Notes: generated from the letters alone by a model not told the origin. A DNA stretch of 64,000 bases from Candidatus Bathyarchaeia archaeon (GCA_050010755.1 JBEKKK010000001.1:960001-1024000), one strand, 5' to 3'. Positions 19,101-29,495 are shown, counted from the stretch's first letter. Translations and numbers: made by a program.

Positions 19101-19529
19101 ATGAAAGTTCTCCGTAGGCAAAAGTCCGGATTCGCCCTCAGTCTAATTCTATGCGTGATTGGATTGGCCTCGCTCGTCACCATGTTTTGGCTGTGTTGGC
19201 CTCAGCTTTCATCCGCGAAAGATCCATTCTCAACGTTTGTAACGCTTCTCTGGACCAAGAACCTGAATCTTGTGCCAGGCATCGAATTCAAAATTTCATA
19301 TCTCTTCGTCTTGGGCGACGCAATGCTCATAGCCGGAATCTCAGTGTACATCCTGAGCGTGCAAAGGGTCTATCTGCCAGGAAAGATTGTTTGGTACCGA
19401 TGCCCCTTCTGCAAAAAAGAATGGAGGTCAACCGGAACCAAAGCACTCGTGCACTGCCCTCACTGTCGCCAACTGATTCACCCAACACTGGTTGAACGAA
19501 TAGACCCTGCAGTCAAAGCTAACCTCTAG
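19101..19529 (+). CDS. Membrane protein with C-terminal zinc ribbon
   Basis: Two TM helices, CPFC...CPHC. Confidence 0.75.
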   Translation: MKVLRRQKSGFALSLILCVIGLASLVTMFWLCWPQLSSAKDPFSTFVTLLWTKNLNLVPGIEFKISYLFVLGDAMLIAGISVYILSVQRVYLPGKIVWYRCPFCKKEWRSTGTKALVHCPHCRQLIHPTLVERIDPAVKANL

Positions 19530-19993
19530 CATTGCAACATCAGAAAAAACGTTTTCGTGAGGAGGACGGAAGAAGAAAAGGAGAAGGGAGATCCGCCATC
19601 CACCTCACTCATCTAATAATACCATGCTTCTTGAAACACTTGGTTCTTTTTTCAGTTGACACGATTGAAAACCAGAAAAACTCCGGCCCGAAAAGACTAA
19701 AACCAAGGCGTTCAACCGTGAGGAAGCCTTATTTTCTTTCAATTGAAGAAATTGAAAACCCTCTTCGACGCTTCCCTAGGGCAAGAGTGCGGAGCTGTGC
19801 ACAGGGCGCTGTCCAGACGATGTTGAAAAGACAATCAGTGAAGGACATGACACGCGTTTATGGTTGGACTTGGCCTTTTTGGTCTGGCTCGCGTTAAGTG
19901 TGCTAATGATTTGTATTGCATATTGCTTATTAAGACTGATTACACAATATATGTTAAAGCCACCAATGTTGGATGGATCAAAGGGTAGTTCTA

Positions 19994-21556
19994 ATGCCCA
20001 AAGAATCAGAGCCAAAAGCCTCTACCGAAGAGAAACCAATCGCAGAAATCACGCTGAAGCAGGAAGCAAAGAGACCCACCGCCTTCAGAGAAGCCTACCC
20101 CATACAGGAACCCTACGTTTACGCGGCCATAATCAAAGACCCAGACACTCAGAAAATCCGCTACGAGGCAATAGAACCGACCCTCAACGCAGAAGAAGAG
20201 CAACAACTAAGAGAAGTCAAGAACTTTCTCATCGAAGAAGTCGACGTAAACCTCAAGGACATAGAGACCAAAGAAAAAGCAGAAAACTACCTGAAGGAAC
20301 AGACGAAGAAAACCATCACAAAACACCGGATAAAAGTGCCTCCGGAAGCCGTTGACAAACTAACATACTACGTGATAAGAGACTTCATAGGCTACGGAAA
20401 AATAGACCCGCTCATGAAAGACCACCTCATCGAAGACATATCCGCCGACGGCGTGAACATACCCATCTACATCTGGCACAGAATGTACGAATCCATGCCC
20501 ACGAACATCATATTCAGAGACGAGCAGGAACTCGACTCCTTCACAATCCGCATGGCATACCTCGCAGGAAAAAACATTTCAATAGCCTCCCCGATGCTAG
20601 ACGCATCGCTCCCGGACGGAAGCCGCATCCAGCTCACCTACGGCAGCGAAATCACCCGCAGAGGCTCAACCTTCACCATTCGACGCTTCAGAGTCGACCC
20701 GTTAACCATCTCCGACCTAATCGCGTTCAAAACCATCTCCTCAGAATTAGCCGCGTACCTCTGGTACGTCGTAGAGAACCGGGCATCCGTCCTAGTCGCC
20801 GGCGGAGTCGCCTCGGGAAAAACGACCATGCTGAACTGCCTGTCCATGTTCATAAAGCCCGAGATGAAGGTGGTCAGCGTGGAAGACACTCAGGAGCTCA
20901 ACCTGCCCCATGAAAACTGGATACCCTCGGTCGTCAGGCTGGGCTTCGGCCATGAAAGCAAGAAGGAGGGAAGCATAACCCTCTTCGACCTGCTGAAAGC
21001 CGCTGTCAGACAGAGGCCCGACTACATCATCGTCGGCGAGGTCCGCGGTGAAGAAGCCTACACGCTCTTCCAGGCAATGGCAACCGGCCACCTGGGAATG
21101 TGCACCATCCACGCAGAATCGGTCGAAGCGGTTGTGAATCGACTGGAATCCGAGCCCATGAACATTCCGAAGCCGCTCATAGCGATGACAAACGTGATAA
21201 TGGTCATGGCGCGAACGGAAATCGACGGCAAACCCGCCAGAAGAATAAACAATGCAACAGAAGTCCAGGGATTCGATCCAAAAACGAGAGACATAACACT
21301 GGGCGAGGTTTTCCATTGGAACCAAAAATTCGACAAATTCTCCGCCTCGAACAAGAGCTTCCTCCTGGAGAAGCAGATGAGAAAACTGGAAATCGACGAG
21401 GGAGCGGTGAGACGCGAGCTTAATCGAAGACAGACGGTTCTGGACTGGATGACGAGCAAGGGCATACGCCGATACACAGAGGTTGCAACCGTCATCCGCG
21501 AATATTACGCGAATCCAGACAGAATTTTCCAGAAGGCCAGGGTCGGACTGAAATGA
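19994..21556 (+). CDS. Archaeal type IV pilus/type II secretion ATPase (FlaI/TadA-like)
   Basis: GGVASGKTT Walker A, SVEDTQE, RQRPDYIIVGEVRG, TGH...TIHA. Confidence 0.95.
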   Translation: MPKESEPKASTEEKPIAEITLKQEAKRPTAFREAYPIQEPYVYAAIIKDPDTQKIRYEAIEPTLNAEEEQQLREVKNFLIEEVDVNLKDIETKEKAENYLKEQTKKTITKHRIKVPPEAVDKLTYYVIRDFIGYGKIDPLMKDHLIEDISADGVNIPIYIWHRMYESMPTNIIFRDEQELDSFTIRMAYLAGKNISIASPMLDASLPDGSRIQLTYGSEITRRGSTFTIRRFRVDPLTISDLIAFKTISSELAAYLWYVVENRASVLVAGGVASGKTTMLNCLSMFIKPEMKVVSVEDTQELNLPHENWIPSVVRLGFGHESKKEGSITLFDLLKAAVRQRPDYIIVGEVRGEEAYTLFQAMATGHLGMCTIHAESVEAVVNRLESEPMNIPKPLIAMTNVIMVMARTEIDGKPARRINNATEVQGFDPKTRDITLGEVFHWNQKFDKFSASNKSFLLEKQMRKLEIDEGAVRRELNRRQTVLDWMTSKGIRRYTEVATVIREYYANPDRIFQKARVGLK

Positions 21557-22560
21557 AAAACAATAGACCTCTCGAAAGAATCAGGGCATTCTGCAGCCGT
21601 CTGAGAACAAGGTTTAAACTCTCCTTCGGCAAATCAGCCGAGGCCAAACGCGACGTGGCTCAGGAGAAGCCGGGGTTTTCGCTTGAGAGTCCGCAGTCCA
21701 TAGCTTATGGTCTTCTCGGGAACAGAACGGGATGGGTTCTTCCCCTTTTCAAAGACTTGGACGTCAACTTGCGCAAGTCGGGGTTGAAAGTCAACTTTAA
21801 AGTGTACGTCAGTTTAACGATTTTCGCCACGTTATTGGTCTGCGCTGCCACCTTGGCGCTGATACCTTGCCTGCTGTTTCTAGTTTTCAACCTGCCTTTG
21901 TTACCAGCGGTTTTGTTCGGCGTTGGCGGATGCCTCTTTGCTTATGTGTTTTCGACTCTGATATTCTATTCTTACCCGATTTATCGGGCAGACACTCTCA
22001 GGAGAGGGTTGGAAGACGAGTTGTCGTTCACGACGGGTTACATGGCCATCTTGGCCAGCGCCGGCGTTTCTCCTGAACGGATGTTCTATTCTCTGTCGAG
22101 TCTCAGTGTTCCGTTAGCCGTGACCCCTGAGGCGAAGGATGTTATAAGGGACGTGAACCTCTTCGGTTCAGACATAATCTCCGCTCTTGAGGAAACGTCA
22201 AAGCGAACTCCTTCGCAAACATTTCGCGAAACGATAGAGGGGTTCATCGCCACGATCCATTCGGGAGGCAACTTGGCGGCGTATCTCAGGCAAAAATCCA
22301 AAGAGTACATGAGGTTGAAGAGAATAAGCCTGAAGAAATACTCAGACGACCTGTCGATGCTGTCGGAGGTTTACGTGACTCTGCTGTTGACGGGACCGCT
22401 ATTCTTGGTGATAATGCTGGTCGTTATGGCCATGCTAGGCGGCGGAGGTTTTGGTATACTGAGCCCGGATCTCATGTTAGAACTGCTCACGTACGTGGGA
22501 ATTCCCCTGGGTGCCATAGCCTTCCTGGTTATACTGGATGCGATGTCGCCTAAATGGTGA
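21553..22560 (+). CDS. Type II secretion system F family (TadB/TadC-like) membrane platform protein
   Basis: Overlaps the ATPase stop; GSDIISALE...TPS...SGGNL; multiple TM helices. Confidence 0.88.
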   Translation: MKNNRPLERIRAFCSRLRTRFKLSFGKSAEAKRDVAQEKPGFSLESPQSIAYGLLGNRTGWVLPLFKDLDVNLRKSGLKVNFKVYVSLTIFATLLVCAATLALIPCLLFLVFNLPLLPAVLFGVGGCLFAYVFSTLIFYSYPIYRADTLRRGLEDELSFTTGYMAILASAGVSPERMFYSLSSLSVPLAVTPEAKDVIRDVNLFGSDIISALEETSKRTPSQTFRETIEGFIATIHSGGNLAAYLRQKSKEYMRLKRISLKKYSDDLSMLSEVYVTLLLTGPLFLVIMLVVMAMLGGGGFGILSPDLMLELLTYVGIPLGAIAFLVILDAMSPKW

Positions 22561-23381
22561 TGAAAATGCCGAGAATTGATGAAAGACTGAAGAAGCCCAT
22601 CTGGATAGTCTCAATCGCGCTAGCAGCGGCCATACTGTCCTACGGGCTTCTCAGGTTCGGGTCCACAGACACGGTGGACGACTTCGTGTTCTTCTCTGTA
22701 ATACTGGCTGTTTTTCCCTCGGCAACGTTAAACTATCTGGATTACGAGTGGAAAAAAGCCGTTGATGAACACTTACCTGATCTCTTCAGGAGCATTGTGC
22801 AGGCCCAAGAGACGGGAATGACTCTGCCTCAGGCCATGGAAGAAGCGTCCAAGAGGGACTATGGACCTCTCACGGAAGAGCTGAGGAAGATGACGACGCA
22901 GATTTCTTGGGGAATGAGCTTTGAGGAGAGTCTCCTGAGCATGGGGAAAAGAGTGAACACCGTGCTGATGCAGAGGACGGTACCGATGATTATCGAGGCA
23001 AGCCGCTCGGGAGGACGAGTTGAGAAGGTGTTCGACCCGATGGGAAAGTTCATACAAACGACGCTCCTCCTTGAAAAGGAACGGCGAACTCAATCGAGAC
23101 CCTACATCGCCATAATTTACGTGGCGTTCTTCGTCTTTCTCTTCACCATAGTGCTGCTCTTCAGATCGTTCTTTGCAAACATGCAGGGCCTGTCGATGTT
23201 CGCAACGGTGGGGATGCCGCCGACTACGCTCGAGCGAATATTCTCTCACATGACTTCAATTCAGGCTTTCTTCGGGGGCCTCGTGGCGGGGAAAATGGGA
23301 GACGGTTCGATAGGAGCCGGATTGAAGCACAGCCTCATCCTGATGTTGTGCGGCTACGTCGCATTGAAACTCCTCCTCTGA
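22554..23381 (+). CDS. Second T2SS-F (TadC-like) membrane protein
   Basis: LPDLFR...TGMTL...YGPL...SWG; GLVAGKM...GLKH. Confidence 0.88.
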   Translation: MVMKMPRIDERLKKPIWIVSIALAAAILSYGLLRFGSTDTVDDFVFFSVILAVFPSATLNYLDYEWKKAVDEHLPDLFRSIVQAQETGMTLPQAMEEASKRDYGPLTEELRKMTTQISWGMSFEESLLSMGKRVNTVLMQRTVPMIIEASRSGGRVEKVFDPMGKFIQTTLLLEKERRTQSRPYIAIIYVAFFVFLFTIVLLFRSFFANMQGLSMFATVGMPPTTLERIFSHMTSIQAFFGGLVAGKMGDGSIGAGLKHSLILMLCGYVALKLLL

Positions 23382-23382
23382 G

Positions 23383-23811
23383 GTGACAAAAACGGTCCGA
23401 AAACTCAGAAAATTCCTTCATGACAAGAGGGCCATAACAGCAGTCATCAGCAACCTCCTCCTGACCGTCGTAGCAGTCGCCGCCATGGTGCTCGCCACCA
23501 CTGCCACATACGTAATAACGACCAACCTCAAGGAAACAATAGGCGAGCGAGTCATCATAGAAGATTTGTGGTTCAACAATTCCACCGGAAACATCGATGC
23601 CTACCTCAGAAATGTCGGCCAAGCCGTCATCCAAATCTCAGAGGTATACGTGAACCACACTTCCCAGTATTTTCTAACACCTTCGGCGCTCGAGATAGGG
23701 CAGGGCCAATGGCTCAACATTACAGACGCATGGGTATCAGGCAGCATTTACTACGTAGACATTGTCACGACCAGAGGAACACATGCTGGAGATTACTTCA
23801 CAGCGCCATAA
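23383..23811 (+). CDS. Archaeal type IV pilin
   Basis: Class III signal peptide DKRA|ITAVISNLLL followed by a hydrophobic helix; C-terminal IVTTRG. Confidence 0.85.
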   Translation: MTKTVRKLRKFLHDKRAITAVISNLLLTVVAVAAMVLATTATYVITTNLKETIGERVIIEDLWFNNSTGNIDAYLRNVGQAVIQISEVYVNHTSQYFLTPSALEIGQGQWLNITDAWVSGSIYYVDIVTTRGTHAGDYFTAP

Positions 23812-23863
23812 ACACCACAAGCGCGTGCGCCCCCATCACTGAAAGAAAACTCGTGGTATTGTG

Positions 23864-23914
23864 GTGACAAAGATGCGTCACGCAAAAAACTCGCTCCTAC
23901 AGGACTAGCGAGGC
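23864..23914 (+). pseudogene. Possible remnant of a second pilin N-terminus
   Basis: Reads MTKMRHAKNSLLQD*RG, parallel to MTKTVRKLRKFLHDKRA, with TAG where a Lys codon (AAG) would be; no hydrophobic helix follows. Confidence 0.4.
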
Positions 23915-24034
23915 CCAAATTGATTGGTTAAGGCAGTGCATGACGCACCTTGCCATTACTGTACGATGCAAGGTGATATAAAATTTCCGTACTTTTCAGA
24001 AGCTGCCACCCGGGCTTTTGCGGGGATACCCAGT

Positions 24035-24481
24035 CTAGCGCGCTTGTGAATTTCGTTTTAGAAGCTCCACAAATCGTCTTTTGTGCTTTGGGCTGTCAAT
24101 AAATCTAAAGTTGGAAGAATGCATCTCATATTTCGAGCGCTGATGAAGATATTTCTTTCTGAGAAAAACGTAGACTCTGATTTTCCACGACCTTACCCGA
24201 ATCTCGGCGTTTCTGTGTATTGCCCAAGCATCGAATTGTAACTTATTAATTCTTTCTTCCCATCGCTCAGGATGTTTCTGTTTCCATTTTCTGTAATGCT
24301 CTCGTGCGTAGTCCTGTTGTTTTTCGAGGTTTGCCTGCCTCCATTTCTTTTGATAATCCCGCGCGTGCGCGCGCTCTTCTGCAAGGTGTTCTTTCCTCCG
24401 CTTTTTCCGTCGTTCTAGTATCTTTTCTCGATGGGTCAAATAGTATTTCTTAGCATATTCTCGTCTTTCTTTTCCTGTCAA
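24035..24481 (-). CDS. Basic helical hypothetical protein (mobile-element type)
   Basis: REYAKKYY...RDYQKKWR...REHYRKWK repeats; ends QAR* through GCGCGC. Confidence 0.55.
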   Translation of the reverse strand: MTGKERREYAKKYYLTHREKILERRKKRRKEHLAEERAHARDYQKKWRQANLEKQQDYAREHYRKWKQKHPERWEERINKLQFDAWAIHRNAEIRVRSWKIRVYVFLRKKYLHQRSKYEMHSSNFRFIDSPKHKRRFVELLKRNSQAR

Positions 24482-24692
24482 GCCATTAGCTCACTTCTTT
24501 CTCCTGTGTCAGACTTCACTTTTGCTCGATGCAGCCTTTTTTTGTTTCGCATTGAGGACTGCTGAAATAACTTCGTCGGACCTTTCGGATTAGCTGAGTA
24601 TGGGCGCTCGTTTCTACATCCAAGCCTAATCCGCTTTTCTTCTCTAAGCACTTATATTTACTGAGAGTGTTTGTTGAAAAAAAGGGATATGC

Positions 24693-24944
24693 ATGAACAA
24701 AACGGAGACCGCTGCCAAAGTTCCAGTTGACATGGAAAAATGTCTGAGGATTTCAAAGAAAATTCTGGAGCTGCTGCAAAAGAAAACCAAAAGCTCTGCG
24801 GAAGCTTATCTTACAGTCCGCCTGCTAGGAATCTTTCTCGAAGAGAAATTCGGGTTCAAATTGACATCGAATCAGGAGGAAGAACTCAGAAAGCTGTGGA
24901 GGAAAGACCAAAATCTTCACGAAAAAAGTGAAGGACCTACTTAG
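24693..24944 (+). CDS. Small hypothetical protein
   Basis: 83-aa helical ORF with a TATA-like sequence upstream (~24652). Confidence 0.6.
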   Translation: MNKTETAAKVPVDMEKCLRISKKILELLQKKTKSSAEAYLTVRLLGIFLEEKFGFKLTSNQEEELRKLWRKDQNLHEKSEGPT

Positions 24945-24961
24945 ATTCACGAGTGCGCGAA

Positions 24962-25963
24962 TTATTTGGTTTCAACATTGGCACATGCAGTGTTGGATGT
25001 TGCCTGCGTTTTAGCGTTGTCCGTAACTTGCAGGTAAATGCTATAAAGACCTGGTGATTTAGGCGTAAAGGTCCATGTTGATTTTGTGGCGCTCGAGACT
25101 GGAGCACCGTTGAGATACCACTGGTAACTGAACGGCGATTCACCACCCGCGACGCTTGAAGTAAACAGTTGAGAATTGCCAACACGCATATTCACCGAAC
25201 CGGGCGAAATGCATATAGAGAAACGGCTATTCACCGTGACAGTTGCGGTGTTGGAAGTTGCCTGCATTCCATTGTTGTCTGTAACCTTCACGTAGACCGT
25301 GTAAGAACCTGCGGAGGTTGGCGTGAAAGTCCAAGTCGGTTTAGTGGCACCAGAAACCGCGGTACCGTTGAGGTACCACTGGTACTTGTATGGCGAGGTG
25401 CCGCCCGTGACGCTTGAAGTGAACAGTCGACACTGGCCAACGTACAGGGTTGCAGAGCTGGGCGAAATATTTGCGGAAAGCGTGGGGGTGAAATCCACCC
25501 ACATGTTCATTTTGTAAGCGCCTACGGCGGCTGTCGGGTGGAAGGTTAGTGTTAACGTTATGTTGTTCTTGTGTCCGGCTTTGAAAACGGTTTGAGCGCT
25601 GTTCCAGCTTAACGTACCCGTGCCTGAGAACGTTTGGCTGCCCCCTTTTCCGATTATGAAGGTTGCTCCGTCAGTGTCGACCCATTGCAAGCTCAGGTCG
25701 TTGTTGCTGATGCCTTTCGGGCCGTTGACAGTTAGAAAATAGACAACTGCAAAAGTGCCTGTCGAATCCTTGCTTTCCACTGTTACGTTGTAACTTTTTG
25801 GCTCTTCGAAGTATGATATGCCCATGTTGATGTTCCAAGCGCCAGTATTTGACTGATATACTAGGAAACGGCCAGACGTGACAGTGCAGGCGAAAGCAGA
25901 GCCGATGGTTGCAACTATACACAGTGCAGTAAGGGCTATTCTCAACTTGCTCATGTGTAACAT
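24962..25963 (-). CDS. Secreted protein with two tandem PKD/Ig-like repeats
   Basis: Signal peptide; LFTSSVTGGTSPYKYQWYLNG and LFTSSVAGGESPFSYQWYLNG repeats. Confidence 0.8.
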   Translation of the reverse strand: MLHMSKLRIALTALCIVATIGSAFACTVTSGRFLVYQSNTGAWNINMGISYFEEPKSYNVTVESKDSTGTFAVVYFLTVNGPKGISNNDLSLQWVDTDGATFIIGKGGSQTFSGTGTLSWNSAQTVFKAGHKNNITLTLTFHPTAAVGAYKMNMWVDFTPTLSANISPSSATLYVGQCRLFTSSVTGGTSPYKYQWYLNGTAVSGATKPTWTFTPTSAGSYTVYVKVTDNNGMQATSNTATVTVNSRFSICISPGSVNMRVGNSQLFTSSVAGGESPFSYQWYLNGAPVSSATKSTWTFTPKSPGLYSIYLQVTDNAKTQATSNTACANVETK

Positions 25964-26034
25964 TAGTCAATCCCTTAGACACGAATACTGATAGAAAAGG
26001 GGAAAATTAACAGTTATGGACTACTGCTAAGTAG

Positions 26035-26580
26035 CTAATTTACTGCTACCCAGACATTCGCAGCGAACGTCGTAAGTGGTGCCACATTGTGGAAAGTCAC
26101 AGTGACGTTAGCGTCAGCGCTGAAACTAGCAGGTGCTGTATATGGACCGATAGTTGCCACAAGAGCATTGTTTGCCGTTGCAGATATCGAAGCATCAGAG
26201 TAGAGACTAAAAGTCAAGGTAGTTATCGTATTTGTGTTTATATCACCAACAACTACAGTAACCCATGAAGTATCCATAACTAGACCTCCAGATCGCCAGA
26301 TCTCATAATGGGTTGTTACATTACTGTATGGTGAGGGTGCATTGTTTTTGGTGTTTGTGTATAGAAGAATGGGCTGTTCATAGTATATCGTCGGTGGTAG
26401 ATAAGGCGGACTCAGAATGTTCCTTGTGTTGAAATTATCCAGTATTGTCAGTGTGAATGGGCTGCCAGCTAGAGTTGTACTGAACTGCAATACATTGCTT
26501 GCGAGCCATGCATAAGCCACGGAAGCCGTCATGACTGCCACAAGAGCAATAACTATTGCCAGCTTCACTTTTTTTTGCAT
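26035..26580 (-). CDS. Secreted/surface protein
   Basis: Signal peptide ending AYAW, beta-rich body, strong GGAGG SD. Confidence 0.75.
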   Translation of the reverse strand: MQKKVKLAIVIALVAVMTASVAYAWLASNVLQFSTTLAGSPFTLTILDNFNTRNILSPPYLPPTIYYEQPILLYTNTKNNAPSPYSNVTTHYEIWRSGGLVMDTSWVTVVVGDINTNTITTLTFSLYSDASISATANNALVATIGPYTAPASFSADANVTVTFHNVAPLTTFAANVWVAVN

Positions 26581-26906
26581 TTTGTTTTTTCCTCCTTTCT
26601 CCTTTTCGGTTTTTGTTACGGGATTAAGCTTGCCGTTAGCAGCTCTATACCCGCTCAGCCCAACGGACTTTTAACGTGCCTTTGGGCAAGGACACAGTCG
26701 GGAGCATGCCCCCTTGCACGCAAGAGTCGACTCTGCCCGACTGGATGCGCAGTTCGTTGCGGTTTACTTTTAAGCTTTGTGGGACCTTTTATGTATGATT
26801 CTTCTAGCTCTTTTGAGAATGAGAAAGAAGCCACTTACGCATAAGAAATGTTTCACATACAACATTAGCGCGCGCATGACGAACTTTTTATGCGTACTCC
26901 TATTGT

Positions 26907-27077
26907 CTACAACTTTCCATGGACTATCTCTGTAATCAGGCTTATTGATTTGGCATAGTCCATGAAGGCTTCGCGGAGGGCCTCACTTTCGTCGATTCCT
27001 AGGGTCTTACACAGTCTTTCGAGAAGCTTCTTCTGCTCTATTGAGAGATAAACTCTGACAACTTTTCGTGCCGTTAA
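26907..27077 (-). CDS. Ribbon-helix-helix (CopG-like) regulator, non-canonical or mutated start
   Basis: Manual translation LTARKVVRVYLSIEQKKLLERLCKTLGIDESEALREAF...; GAGGGG SD followed by TTA. Confidence 0.55.
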   Translation of the reverse strand, partial: LTARKVVRVYLSIEQKKLLERLCKTLGIDESEALREAFMDYAKSISLITEIVHGKL

Positions 27078-27220
27078 ACTCCCCTCTTATACTTCACCCA
27101 TGCAGCATAGTTGCCTTTAAATCTTACCGCATCAGTGAAGTACATTAACTGCGTCAGTTCAGCGACCGTTTATGACAATTTTTATATGTTCTTGTCCAAA
27201 CAGTACAGCATGGGTAAAGT

Positions 27221-27604
27221 ATGCCTGGCAAAGGATACCGTGCCATAAGCCTCTCAAAAGAGCTCGTGAAAACAATCGAAGACTACATCGAGGAAAACCC
27301 GCAGGCGAGCTACAAGAGCATTGCAGACTTTGTTGCAGACGCTCTTCGCATAAGGTTTGAACAGCTCGGAGTCTACCCTGGAAACATAGCACTGCTAGAC
27401 ATCAACGCAAACGAGATGGGTCCCCTGCTCTATGACAAAAACCTCAAGAAAACCGTGCAGATCCTCATCAGCCCCAAAGGACTCGAATGCGCCGAATGTA
27501 AACTAAGCAGCTGCCGTCACATCAAATTCGCCCTAGCAAACCCCAAAACCCAAGAACTCATCCAAGAAAGAAAAAAAGAAGGCTGGAAACTTCCAGACAT
27601 CTGA
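27221..27604 (+). CDS. RHH regulator with C-terminal CxxC-x3-CxH zinc finger
   Basis: YRAISLSKELV...YKSIADFVADALR; CAECKLSSCRH. Confidence 0.75.
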   Translation: MPGKGYRAISLSKELVKTIEDYIEENPQASYKSIADFVADALRIRFEQLGVYPGNIALLDINANEMGPLLYDKNLKKTVQILISPKGLECAECKLSSCRHIKFALANPKTQELIQERKKEGWKLPDI

Positions 27605-27634
27605 GACGCAGCTTTCTTCAGCGATAGGCGCGCG

Positions 27635-28321
27635 CTATTCTATTTTGTCCTTTTTAGCCAGGTTGTGCCTTGCGCATAGTAGTTGGATGTTTTCGGTCAC
27701 TAGTGACGATCCCCCTTTAGAATAGGGAATGATATGGTCAAAGTGCAGGTTGTCGTGGCTTCCACAGATGACGCAGGCCCCCTTATCTCGTTTCCATACT
27801 TCCATTTTTACAGATGCTGGGATGATGCGGTTGTGATCAATCTCCTGGGACGAGACTTGAGGAATTTCATCGGTCAGTTCAAGCTTGAATTTGAAAACAT
27901 TACGACTATTGCTCTTTTCCTGCCATGAATCCACAAGTTTAAAGATGCCATTATAGGTCCAGATGCCTGGTCTGATCTTTTCGTAGACCTTCACAAGCTC
28001 GGCCTTTTTCTTTTGCTGTTTATAGTCGTTCGCGGCCTCGTAGAACAATCCGTTCTGAGTTAGAGAGCCAGTTGGATTGTACATCGGTTGATCCACCGTT
28101 TTGGGATTTCGTCCCCCAGCCAATTTTGGAGCATCATGGCCTTCATAAATTAGTACTCTGCCGTTTTCCTCGATCCTATCGGCGTATGGAGCACCTGTCC
28201 TTATGCTCATCAAAATAACACTGAACCCACCACGCAATCGAAAATTCATTCCCCTTTGAAGATTGACGCCCTCTTCTCTGCACACGTCTAGATAGGAAAG
28301 CAGGTCTCCAACGTTGAGCAT
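27635..28321 (-). CDS. SRA/PUA-like domain + HNH endonuclease (putative modification-dependent restriction enzyme)
   Basis: SVILMS...PYADR...LIYEGHD N-domain; RDKGACVIC...HFDHIIPYSKGG...NIQLLCARHN. Likely start MLNVGD. Confidence 0.82.
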   Translation of the reverse strand: MLNVGDLLSYLDVCREEGVNLQRGMNFRLRGGFSVILMSIRTGAPYADRIEENGRVLIYEGHDAPKLAGGRNPKTVDQPMYNPTGSLTQNGLFYEAANDYKQQKKKAELVKVYEKIRPGIWTYNGIFKLVDSWQEKSNSRNVFKFKLELTDEIPQVSSQEIDHNRIIPASVKMEVWKRDKGACVICGSHDNLHFDHIIPYSKGGSSLVTENIQLLCARHNLAKKDKIE

Positions 28322-28472
28322 TGGATGCCTCATAAGAAGGTTGCTGGCCAGAATATAAATTCTAGCTAGCACGGTAACCTTTTCGCGCGCGTCGGCGCGA
28401 ACCAACGAAGTTTATATTTGGTTAGTTCAATACTAAGCTTACTACGACTTCTCACATCGGTGCTTATCAAAA

Positions 28473-29495
28473 ATGCCTCCAAAGAAAATTGTTTATCTGT
28501 TTGGAGCTGGTGCAACGATAGCAGAGACGCAATATGCCGGGGTTCAAGAAAAACCCTCGCTGGAATATATCTCTGAAACAGTGATAAGGAAAGCCAAAGA
28601 AGAAGGTGAATTGGCTGAGGCACTTAGCGAAATCGAACCAGACGACATCACCGATATTGAACTGTACATAAGTCTACTGGAATCTGCCCGCACAAAAAAG
28701 TATCTCGAGCTTGCAGGCAAGCTACGCTCTCTGTTCTCCAAGAGCATACAGGATGCATTGAAGATGGAGGGTAACATTATCGAACCAATGCTTACAAATG
28801 CCTTACTTCAAATGCATGGGACAATAAGAGAAGAAGAGAGATTTGCGGGGGCGATTTCCCTTAATTATGATAATCTTCTCGATCGTGCCTTTAATGGAGT
28901 CTTTGGTGGAGTAAACTATGGAATCGATTGCAGATGTAAAAAAGCAGGATATAGTATTAGAAAACGGGGTCCAGCATTGCTCAAACTACATGGATCCTTT
29001 AACTGGAGTCGGGGCTTTCCGTCAGTTGAAATCGATGAAGAACAGGCACAATTAGGCGAAGAGGAATCGATGCTATGGATTCCTCCAGGTATCGAGAAAG
29101 ATAAGGATGCCTACCCATTCAATATTTTATGGGGAAAAGCCTTTGAGATGCTTGATTGTGATGTTCTTAGAATTGTTGGATGTAAACTTAAACAAAATGA
29201 TTGGGGGTTGTTGTCACTGATTTTTAATACTCAATTGGAAACCGATCAAACATATGAAATACAATTGATTGATTTTCACCGAGAGGGCGAGTTGATAAGG
29301 CAGCGAAACGGTTTCCTTAGAAATGTCAAGATTCTGGGGGAATTGGAGAACTGCCAGGACTTGGTTGATCCTCCACCTTCTAATCCTTTTGAAAGTTGGT
29401 TAAGACTCAAACTCGCCTCGCTTAGGGAAAAAGGTGTTCGTATTGATGAATTGGGGTTAGATCATATTAATGCATTGTTAGGAGCGACCAACTAA
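28473..29495 (+). CDS. SIR2-like domain protein
   Basis: VYLFGAGAT, ISLNYDNLL, LLKLHGSFNW, IVGC motifs. Confidence 0.85.
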   Translation: MPPKKIVYLFGAGATIAETQYAGVQEKPSLEYISETVIRKAKEEGELAEALSEIEPDDITDIELYISLLESARTKKYLELAGKLRSLFSKSIQDALKMEGNIIEPMLTNALLQMHGTIREEERFAGAISLNYDNLLDRAFNGVFGGVNYGIDCRCKKAGYSIRKRGPALLKLHGSFNWSRGFPSVEIDEEQAQLGEEESMLWIPPGIEKDKDAYPFNILWGKAFEMLDCDVLRIVGCKLKQNDWGLLSLIFNTQLETDQTYEIQLIDFHREGELIRQRNGFLRNVKILGELENCQDLVDPPPSNPFESWLRLKLASLREKGVRIDELGLDHINALLGATN

